From assembly GCA_950072105.1 (NCBI GenBank), contig CATMOE010000074.1, positions 1 to 14,724 of the forward strand: a stretch of 14,724 nucleotides of DNA. The letters are read 5' to 3'. The stretch's first letter is position 1, and the number at the start of each line of letters is the position of its first letter. This document shows, one piece after another, positions 1 through 7,511 of this stretch. The notes below the pieces were generated by a model. That model had not been told where the DNA came from. It worked only from the letters and a program-made list of their open reading frames with translations, and searched no databases. Origin of the DNA: an uncultured Dehalococcoidia bacterium. GTDB lineage: Bacteria; Chloroflexota; Dehalococcoidia; Lucifugimonadales; UBA3495. A program made the translations under genes and the position numbers.

Positions 1-77
1 CCGGGAGTCCCAGAACACGGCCATCTCCCCCTGATCTCTCCTTAATAAAAGTGTCCCACTTTTGCTGGTTGCCAACA
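1..77 (-). mobile_element. Probable insertion-sequence terminus (IS3/IS481-like) inserted in queC; element continues beyond the window
   Basis: Minus strand from 77 reads TGTTGGCAACCAGCAAAAGTGGGACACTTTT, a TG(T)...GGACAC end of the kind seen in IS3/IS481 inverted repeats. It starts where QueC-like sequence stops (…FFKDLAWY|). A possible RBS (GGGGAG) and ATG at 24 follow. The second end and transposase are not visible. Confidence 0.5.
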
Positions 78-289
78 TACCAAGCCAAATCCTTAAAGAA
101 CTCGACATCAACAACTCGATGCTTAAGTCCAAGATGTCTCGCGACCTCCCCAGCCGCGTCAATCTCCTTCAGATGGGTTTGGCCATAGTTCAAAGTGATC
201 CCTGTTAGTTCATACCCTCGGTTTTTCGCGAAGGCCGCAACTGTCGTTGAATCTAATCCTCCGGACAAAAGAACGACACCTAAATTCAT
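78..289 (-). pseudogene. queC: 7-cyano-7-deazaguanine synthase QueC, N-terminal ~70 codons, probably IS-interrupted (not in the ORF track because the frame runs off the window edge)
   Basis: Manual translation from ATG at 289: MNLGVVLLSGGLDSTTVAAFAKNRGYELTGITLNYGQTHLKEIDAAGEVARHLGLKHRVVDVEFFKDLAWY. It has the PP-loop SGGLDS and the YGQxHxxE QueC motif. RBS AGAGAGGA lies at the end of queD, whose stop is 3 nt from this ATG. Confidence 0.85.
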
Positions 290-292
290 CGT

Positions 293-661
293 TTATCCTC
301 TCTTTGCCGAATATTCCGAGTACTGGTTGGGAGATTCCCAGATTCGCACCTTGGAGATCAGAGACCCGTATTGTCCCTGCAGTTCTGCGAACAGGCGCTT
401 AGCCATCACTTCTGCGGTGGGGTTTTCGTTGTGGAACTCGAAGACCTTGGAACGTTGCAGTGACTTGAGCGCCGTGGAGAGTTCCTGGTCGCGATCATTG
501 ACCAAAAAGCCATGGTCCCAATGGAGGTCTACCCACTTGCCCACTGAAGCCTTTAACTCGGTGAAATCCAGGACGAATCCCATCTCATCAAGCGAGTCTG
601 AACTGATCATGACTTCTGCTTTGTAGGTGTGCCCGTGCGGGGCGCCGCAGTTTCCGGGGTA
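293..661 (-). pseudogene. queD: 6-carboxy-5,6,7,8-tetrahydropterin synthase QueD, lacking its first ~15 codons
   Basis: The frame extends upstream of the called ATG (610) as YPGNCGAPHGHTYKAEVMISS, giving the CxxxHGH motif. It also has GFVLDF, WDHGFL, NPTAE and RIWES. An in-frame TAA lies 5 codons upstream of YPG, with no start codon and without the first Zn-ligand His (AAHxL) segment. Confidence 0.85.
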
Positions 662-1837
662 AAGCCAGGTGTATTATTTGCGGTTGCTGTGCGATCGACA
701 CGGTTGGAAGGAATACTCGATCGCGAAACACTTGGAGCCGAGACTTTGGAAATCTCGATGCCACATTTGTCAGACGCCGACATCGACTCCCTGATCAATG
801 TTTTGGATATGGAGAATCGTCTGGGTGTTCTAAAGGGCTTGTCTCATGCAGATCGCGTGTCAGCTTTCCAAAAAGAAGCCGGTAGACAATTACTCGTGGC
901 GATGATTCAGGCTACGTCCGGCAGGCTATTTCGAGAAAAGGTCCTCGAAGAATTCCAGGAGTTATCGCCTTTACAAAGGCAAATTTACGCGACGTTGTGC
1001 CTTGTCTCGTCCCAAAGATGGACCATGGACCGCCAAGAAATCATTTTGGCTTGTGGCTCTTTAGGGAACGAGATGTTGGATGCAGTGGAGTCGCTTGCTC
1101 GAAGAAACGTGATCACCCGTCGTGATATACATTCCAACTACGGAGCGAGGCACCGCGTTATCGCCGACGAGATTGTACACGCAATGGAATTTCGCCAATA
1201 TATGGCCACGGTACTCGAAGGAGTGTGTTTCGCGTTTGCCAGTGGGGTCAATTCTGGTCTACCTCGGAGCAACAGACAATGGAGAAGACTTATTCGGTTT
1301 TTAAACCATCAGTTTATTTTGCAAGTCGCTACTCCAGATGTGGGAAGACATGTATACGAGAACGTGGAGAAGATATTGCATTGGGACTATCACTACTGGC
1401 TGCAGAGGGCGAGCCTCGAAGTCGAACAAGGTGATTTGAATCTCGCTACCAACTTTCTCGATCAGGCAAGGTCGATCTCTCCCGGAGAACGATTAATCGA
1501 AACAGAGTACGCCTATTTACTGATCAAAAGAGCATCTAAATCACCAGAACATGGAAATGCAGAGGAGTGGTTTGCCGAAGGGCGGAAGTATCTGGAAGAG
1601 CTCATCGCTCAAACCGGGAGTCGGGACTCATATCCCTACCACGTACTTGGTAGCCAAGGGCTCGCATGGGCCCGGCAAGCTAAGATTCCGGTCCTTGAAA
1701 AACGGGAACTTCTCAAAGAGTTGATGGAAATCGTGAAGTCTGGGGTTAGTTTCCATCCTAGATCAGAAGATCTGCCGACGTTGGCGAAAGACCTGGAAAA
1801 AGAATGGCTGTTGACCGCCGTTGTGCAACCGGAGTAA
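662..1837 (+). pseudogene. C-terminal part of a STAND-like NTPase / winged-helix / TPR protein (Avs-like); N-terminal effector and Walker A/B missing
   Basis: The ORF begins with a hydrophobic strand VLFAVAVRS, followed by a helical segment (LSDADIDSLI…GRQLLVAMIQATSG), a wHTH-like region ending RHRVIADEIV, and TPR-like helices (HYWLQRASLEVEQGDLNLATNFLDQARSISP). No GxxxxGKS/T is present. The called start at 629 is simply antisense queD sequence. Family assignment is from pattern recognition, not a search. Confidence 0.6.
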
Positions 1838-2169
1838 ACGGATTTGACGAAAAGTTTATCACCATTGAACACACATCGGCATGTATGTTCACTCGCGACC
1901 AAAATGTTCCGGCGGCGCCGTTTCGGATTTCGATCCTGCTTAAGGCAAATTCACATCGCGAAATCAACTGACCAAGCATCACAGTTGATCAGGAACCCAA
2001 TGAGTCAACCGGCCATACCGATTAGCCGTCAGATTCTTCCTCCAACCTCAGATGCCGCGAAGCATACCTTAGCGGAAACACCTGTCATCGGTATGAACAC
2101 GCCTATCATAGAGGTAGTTCCAGCGCCCGCGGCGGCCGGGATGACTTGGGGACCTAACCGCTAAACAGG

Positions 2170-3396
2170 CTATCCCAACGGTCCCTGAAAAGTCTGGTCA
2201 GCGAAAGTGTCGGACAAAGGCTCGATCGCCTCGGGCCATTGGTCCATCGGCAGGCTGGGCCGGCGCTCATGGGCTGGGCGCGGCTTACCATCCCAGCCGA
2301 TCTGCTCCATGTAACAGTAGATCTGGATGCAGGTGCCCTCTGGGTCTATCGCATAAGCAGCGTAGTCGATGCCTGGATGTAATTCGTTGGGTATCTCGAC
2401 GAACTTGACGCCTTTTTCTTTTAGGAACGCCACCCCGTTCTTGAGTTGTTCGTAGCTTCCGACCTCCACTCCGAAGGAAAGACAGGTGGTGTGGCCGCCA
2501 AGCCCAAGTTGCCGCCGCATCTCTTTGGGGAAGAGGCCCAAACTGTGATGCTCGGAGCCTACGCGTAGGAAAACGACCTTCTGGTCCCGGTAGTTTATTT
2601 CCTCGGTGACCCTGAAGCCCAACACATCCGTGTAATACTGGGCGGAAGCCTCCAGGTCGTTCACAAAAATATTTACGGGGCCAACCTTGGTGATCTTGAA
2701 TGGGCGGGGCAACATTACCCCTTCAACTTCGAAATCAGCGGGCAAAGTCTCCTCGTAACGGTAACCTGAGTTAACGTCGATGCCCGTCCGGATCGCTTCC
2801 TCCAACTCTGTCTGTTCGGACATCTGCGGCAGTTCAGGCTGCTCTTGAAACCCCCGGTAATACATCTCCCTTGGTTTGCTCAGGGCGTTCCATCCAACCT
2901 GCTCGATCCCGTAATACAACTCGTTGATATGGCCGTCCGGGTCGTAAACGTAGACGTGCCAGTTGCTGCCCGGCATGTCTCTGCCGGCCCGCAACAGCGG
3001 GACCTCTTGCTCCCTGAAATAGTCCGTGCCATTCACTACTTCGGCCAAAGACCCGGTCTGCCAAGTGATTTGGTTGATCGTGACATCGCCGTCGCCGCGC
3101 GGAGGCATCAGTGTGTCCATCACCTGGGAGTTGAACAGGACGAAGGAATGGTGATCGCCGCCGTGGTGAAAGAAATAACCGTTGGTGTCGGACATGCCCG
3201 ACAATTGGCCGGATAGCCCGGGAAGGGTGCTGAAATCCAGTATGTCGGATACCTTGAACCCGAGCAGGTCCCGATAGAAGGTGACGCATTCTTCCAGGTT
3301 CGTCACGTTGAAGCCGAAGTGTCCAAGCCGCCGAATCTTGAAGGGCTGTGGCATCCAGACTCCGCCGACGTTGTACCTTTCTTTTTGTACCGTCAT
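2170..3396 (-). CDS. Two-domain VOC (glyoxalase / extradiol ring-cleavage dioxygenase-like) protein
   Basis: VOC motifs RLGHFGFNV…FYRDLLGFKVSD, HHSF and YVYDPDGHINEL. A second copy has GPVNIFV…YYTDVLGFRVTE, HHSL and IDPEGTCIQI. RBS AAAGGCGG precedes the ATG. Confidence 0.85.
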   Translation of the reverse strand: MTVQKERYNVGGVWMPQPFKIRRLGHFGFNVTNLEECVTFYRDLLGFKVSDILDFSTLPGLSGQLSGMSDTNGYFFHHGGDHHSFVLFNSQVMDTLMPPRGDGDVTINQITWQTGSLAEVVNGTDYFREQEVPLLRAGRDMPGSNWHVYVYDPDGHINELYYGIEQVGWNALSKPREMYYRGFQEQPELPQMSEQTELEEAIRTGIDVNSGYRYEETLPADFEVEGVMLPRPFKITKVGPVNIFVNDLEASAQYYTDVLGFRVTEEINYRDQKVVFLRVGSEHHSLGLFPKEMRRQLGLGGHTTCLSFGVEVGSYEQLKNGVAFLKEKGVKFVEIPNELHPGIDYAAYAIDPEGTCIQIYCYMEQIGWDGKPRPAHERRPSLPMDQWPEAIEPLSDTFADQTFQGPLG

Positions 3397-3595
3397 GTCC
3401 GCCTTTCTGTCTTGAAGTATGGGACCGGGTTATGTTTAGGACACCACATGTAATCGTTCTGGGTCAAACACCGCAACCGGGACGTTTTCGCGGTTTTGTC
3501 CCAAAGCAGTTGGTCATGCCGCCGCTCTATTTACCGGCACGTTACCGGCACGCGGGCCATCCCACGTATGGACCGAAGTGCGCGGCCGTGATCGG

Positions 3596-4570
3596 CTAAT
3601 AGAGATGGCAGGCGACCTGGTGACCGGAATCGAGCTCCTTGATGACCGGCTCCTGCTCAGCACAGTGCGGCATCGCCACTGGACACCGAGGATGAAACCG
3701 GCATCCAGAAGGCGGATTGAGGGCGCTGGGAACCTCGCCGGCGAGGACCATATCATCATCCTCTGTGACATCGTCCGGATGGGACGGCAGAGAGGCGGCG
3801 AACAGCGCCCTAGTATAGGGATGTTTCGGGTTATTGCAAAGTTCGAGGCTGTCGGCTGTCTCTACGATCTTGCCCAGGTACATCACCGAGATGCGGTCAC
3901 TGATGTGCGCGACCGCCGCCAGATCGTGCCCGATGAATATGTAGCTGACCCCAAGGTCCCGTTGAAGGGATTCGAGCAAGGTGAGGATATGGGCCCGGAT
4001 AGAGACATCCAGGGCTGAGACCGGCTCGTCCAGAACAATCAACTCAGCTTCAGTCGCCAGGGCCCTGGCGATGGCGATACGTTGGCGCTGTCCTCCGCTG
4101 AATTCGTGGGGAAACAGACGGCCGTCGTCCGGCTGGAGGCCCACGAGTTCCATGACCTCCCCAACCCGTTTTTTGACCGCCTCCTTGGACAGCTTGGTGT
4201 GAACTTCCAGAGGCTCAGCCACGATGCTCTCCACCCGCATCCGCGGACTGAGGGAACTGTAAGGGTCCTGGAATACCGCTTGCACGGATTTCCGGTATTG
4301 CATCAGGTCGGCCTTGCCCATGTCCGCCACATTCTTGCCCTTGAAATGAATCGACCCTTCCGTGGGTCTCTCCTGTGCGAGAACCAACTTTGCCGTGGTG
4401 GTCTTGCCGCAGCCCGACTCTCCCACCACACCCAAGGTCTCTCCACGTCCAACCTGAAAATCGATGCCGTCGACAGCCTTAACCCACCCTCGAACGCTGC
4501 TTAAAATAATGCCCGAACTGATGGGAAAATATTTCTTTAACCCCTGGACTTCCAGCAGAGGGTCAGGCAT
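3596..4570 (-). CDS. Oligopeptide/dipeptide ABC transporter ATP-binding subunit (OppF/DppF-like)
   Basis: Walker A GESGCGKT, signature FSGGQRQR, Walker B IVLDEP, HPYT, and C-terminal oligo_HPY Cys motif GCRFHPRCP…C…ACH. Overlaps the upstream ATPase gene by 8 nt. Confidence 0.95.
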   Translation of the reverse strand: MPDPLLEVQGLKKYFPISSGIILSSVRGWVKAVDGIDFQVGRGETLGVVGESGCGKTTTAKLVLAQERPTEGSIHFKGKNVADMGKADLMQYRKSVQAVFQDPYSSLSPRMRVESIVAEPLEVHTKLSKEAVKKRVGEVMELVGLQPDDGRLFPHEFSGGQRQRIAIARALATEAELIVLDEPVSALDVSIRAHILTLLESLQRDLGVSYIFIGHDLAAVAHISDRISVMYLGKIVETADSLELCNNPKHPYTRALFAASLPSHPDDVTEDDDMVLAGEVPSALNPPSGCRFHPRCPVAMPHCAEQEPVIKELDSGHQVACHLY

Positions 4571-5555
4571 TTTGCGTTTCCATCAAAGGCAACCAGCATT
4601 GGGCGACCCTGCCATTTTTCAGAACGACCTCCTCCGGTGTTTCAAGGGCGCATTTTTCAACCGCATAGGGGCATCTGGGCTGGAAGGAACAGCCGATGCG
4701 TTCCTCGGCCAAGTCTGGCGGCTGCCCAGGAATGACATACAGAGACTCTTTATCGCCGATCTTTGGGATGGAGTTCAGAAGCGCTTCAGTGTAGGGGTGT
4801 TTGGGATTCGTGTAAATCTCTCTTACCGATCCCTGCTCAACGATCTTCCCGGCATACATGACCGCAACTTTGTCGCACATTTTAGCTACGATACCCAAAT
4901 TGTGTGTCACAAAGATCAACGCAACACCGGCTTCCCGCTGAATCTCCTTCAACAGATTGAGGTACTGCAGTTGAATGGTCACGTCAAGGTTCGTGGTGGG
5001 CTCATCCGCGACAATCAGTTTGGGCCCACCGGCCATAGCCATGGCGCCCACGATCCTTTGGCGCATGCCCCCACTCATCTGGTGGGGATATTCCCGCATG
5101 CGCACCTCCGGCGATGGTATCCGCACTGAGGCGAGCAACTGCCGCACCCGTTCCCTGAGACGAGACCGGCGAAGCTGTTGGTGATAATACGCGGGCTCGG
5201 CAACTTGATCGAAAATACTGAACAATGGGTTCAAAGAGGCCATCGGGTCCTGGAGGATCATCGCCATATCCCTGCCGCGGATCTGGCGCATCTCTTGAGG
5301 GCTCAGGCCCATCAGGTCCTGCCCATCAAACTCGATCGACCCGCCGACCACCTCACCCCCGGCCGGCAATAGGCGGAACAAAGCATGGCAAGCCGTGGTC
5401 TTGCCGCAACCCGACTCGCCGACTATGCCAAGGGTTTCTCCAGCATCAAGGGTAAAACTGATGCCGTCTACAGCTTTTACCAAGCGCCTGCCCCGGAACC
5501 CCGTGAATTGGGCCTGGAGGTTGGTTACCTTAAGGAGAGGGGAGGTATCGCTCAA
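4563..5555 (-). CDS. Oligopeptide/dipeptide ABC transporter ATP-binding subunit (OppD/DppD-like)
   Basis: GESGCGKT, YPHQMSGGMRQR, IVADEPTT, HPYTEALL, GCSFQPRCP. TTG start. Confidence 0.95.
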   Translation of the reverse strand: MSDTSPLLKVTNLQAQFTGFRGRRLVKAVDGISFTLDAGETLGIVGESGCGKTTACHALFRLLPAGGEVVGGSIEFDGQDLMGLSPQEMRQIRGRDMAMILQDPMASLNPLFSIFDQVAEPAYYHQQLRRSRLRERVRQLLASVRIPSPEVRMREYPHQMSGGMRQRIVGAMAMAGGPKLIVADEPTTNLDVTIQLQYLNLLKEIQREAGVALIFVTHNLGIVAKMCDKVAVMYAGKIVEQGSVREIYTNPKHPYTEALLNSIPKIGDKESLYVIPGQPPDLAEERIGCSFQPRCPYAVEKCALETPEEVVLKNGRVAQCWLPLMETQNA

Positions 5556-5564
5556 GCTCTTATC

Positions 5565-6491
5565 CTAGAGATTTCTCAATTGTGGGTCTAATCTCACGCG
5601 CATCCAATCGCCCAAGAGGTTGGCCGCCAACACTAAGAGCATGATGGCGATACCCGGGAATACGGAGATCCACCATTTACCTCCGATCAGAGGCCCTTTC
5701 CCATCGGCCATCATGAGTCCCCACGCAGGTGTCGGCGGCGGCACCCCCACTCCGAGGAAGCTCAGAGACGCTTCGATGATGATAGCGATGCCAATGGTGA
5801 GGCTGAACAGCACCATCACAGTATTGACCACGTTGGGCAGGATATGCTTGGTCATGACGCGGAATTTGCTGGCGCCGGTCACCTCGGCCAGTTTAACGAA
5901 GTCCCGTTCCCGTAGGCTCAGGACCTCGGCCCGGACCTGCCGGGCATACCTGCTCCAAAAAACCAGGGTCAAGATAAGTACGATGTTCCAAAGGCTGGCG
6001 CCTCTGATCGAGGCTAAAAATATGGCGAAAATCAGGGTCGGCAACGCCAGCCAGGCGTCGGTGATCCGCATTATTATCTGGTCCCACCACTTGCCCATGT
6101 AACCGGCAAGCAACCCCAGGGTCACCCCTATCACGCCGGCCGCCAGAGTGCCGACCAGCCCCACGATCAACGAAACGCGGGAGCCGTATATCACCCGGCT
6201 CAAGATGTCCCGGCTTTGGAAGTCAGTGCCCAGAGGCATTCTCCAGGTGCCGCCCTCCATCCATGCCGGCGGCAACGTGCCCGCCACGGGGTATCCCGTT
6301 TCCAGATCTTTCACCGACACCTCCGGATCATGAAGAGGAAGAAGATCTGCGAAAACCGCTAAGAAAACAACCGAAGCAAGAATCAGCGTGGGCAACATCG
6401 GAGCCTCTTTGATGAAAGCCCATGCATTTAGGAGAATCCTCAATATCTCGGATTCCCGAAGTTTGGAGGCGCCCGTTACGATTTCAGTCAT
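5565..6491 (-). CDS. Peptide/nickel ABC transporter permease (OppC/DppC-like)
   Basis: PLGTDFQSRDILSRVIYGSRVSL, EAA-like loop (RDFVKLAEVTGAS…KHILPN), EASLSFLGVG, C-terminal LLGDWMRVRLDPQ. Confidence 0.95.
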   Translation of the reverse strand: MTEIVTGASKLRESEILRILLNAWAFIKEAPMLPTLILASVVFLAVFADLLPLHDPEVSVKDLETGYPVAGTLPPAWMEGGTWRMPLGTDFQSRDILSRVIYGSRVSLIVGLVGTLAAGVIGVTLGLLAGYMGKWWDQIIMRITDAWLALPTLIFAIFLASIRGASLWNIVLILTLVFWSRYARQVRAEVLSLRERDFVKLAEVTGASKFRVMTKHILPNVVNTVMVLFSLTIGIAIIIEASLSFLGVGVPPPTPAWGLMMADGKGPLIGGKWWISVFPGIAIMLLVLAANLLGDWMRVRLDPQLRNL

Positions 6492-6496
6492 CGGTA

Positions 6497-7432
6497 TTAG
6501 CTAGCCAACCTGATCCTTGGGTCTACGCAGGCGTACAGGATGTCGAGTAGCAAGTTGACGCCTACAATCATGGTGCCGGCCATCAGCAATGAACCTTGGA
6601 CCACCGGGAAGTCGCGGCCCAAGAGCCCGTCCAGAATCAGGCTTCCGACGCCCGGCCACTGGAATATAACTTCGATGATCACCGCGACATTGATCATCAA
6701 CACCAATTGAAGTCCAGCCAGTGTGATGATGGGAATCATCGCGTTCTTTAGGGCGTGTTTGGCGATCACTACCCATTCGGGGACACCCTTGAGCCTAGCT
6801 AACTTGACGTAGTCGCTGCCCAGCACTTCGAGCATGCTCGATCTCGTCAGGCGCAGGATGGAACCGGCGAAGTACCATCCCAATGCGAATGACGGCATGA
6901 TCAGGTATTGGATGTCCCAGAAGTGGTCTCCTTTACCGATCACCGGCAGCCAATCCAGCTTTACACCGAAGATCAGGATCAACACCAGGGCGACGAAGAA
7001 TCCGGGAATGGACAAGCCCAATAGCGCCACGATCTTGCCGATGTTATCCCAGACAGAGTTGATCTTGACTGCCGAAAGGATGCCCAATGGGATCCCAATC
7101 ACCATTGAAATGAAGAATCCGGCCGCCGCCAACTGGAGCGAGTTGGGCAATCGTTGGAAGTAGATGTCCGTGACGGACGTGCCAAATTGGAACGACCGGC
7201 CAAAGTCACCCCTAAACACATTGAAAACGAACTTGCGGTACTGAGTGGGCCACGGCTCGTTCAATCCCCAGCGTTCCCGCTGCGCTTCGAGGTCCGCCTC
7301 TGGAGCTCCCGGATACTCGCTGAGCAACTCGGCCGGGTCCCCTGTCAACCGGACCATTGAGAAGATGATTACGGTCAATATCCAAAGAGTGAGTATGCTG
7401 TACAGAACCCGGGTAATTATGAATCTTCTCAA
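6497..7432 (-). CDS. Peptide/nickel ABC transporter permease (OppB/DppB-like)
   Basis: GDPA, GDFGRSF, RSSMLEVLGSDYVKLARLKG, HALKNA, FQWPGVG, RDFPVVQG, DILYACVDPRI. TTG start. Confidence 0.95.
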   Translation of the reverse strand: MRRFIITRVLYSILTLWILTVIIFSMVRLTGDPAELLSEYPGAPEADLEAQRERWGLNEPWPTQYRKFVFNVFRGDFGRSFQFGTSVTDIYFQRLPNSLQLAAAGFFISMVIGIPLGILSAVKINSVWDNIGKIVALLGLSIPGFFVALVLILIFGVKLDWLPVIGKGDHFWDIQYLIMPSFALGWYFAGSILRLTRSSMLEVLGSDYVKLARLKGVPEWVVIAKHALKNAMIPIITLAGLQLVLMINVAVIIEVIFQWPGVGSLILDGLLGRDFPVVQGSLLMAGTMIVGVNLLLDILYACVDPRIRLAS

Positions 7433-7466
7433 TTTCGCTATCCGGTACGGGACATGGGATTTTGGA

Positions 7467-7489
7467 AGGGGCCTTCGTTGAAGGCCCCT
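7467..7489. terminator. Intercistronic hairpin downstream of the solute-binding protein gene (mRNA stabiliser or partial terminator)
   Basis: AGGGGCCTTC-GTT-GAAGGCCCCT, a perfect 10-bp stem between the SBP and first permease genes, with no strong U tract. Confidence 0.6.
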
Positions 7490-7511
7490 CGATTCCGCTG
7501 CTTGTTAGCGC

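Noticed and set aside
195..626. 143-aa + strand ORF, and the 63-aa - strand ORF at 607-798
   Set aside because: The first is the antisense shadow of queD/queC. The second is mostly antisense to the STAND/TPR fragment, is not in the queD frame and has no QueD N-terminal motif, so it does not rescue queD by frameshift.
1844..2164. 106-aa + strand ORF after the TPR gene
   Set aside because: TTG start without RBS and no recognisable motif. Its composition resembles an antisense read.
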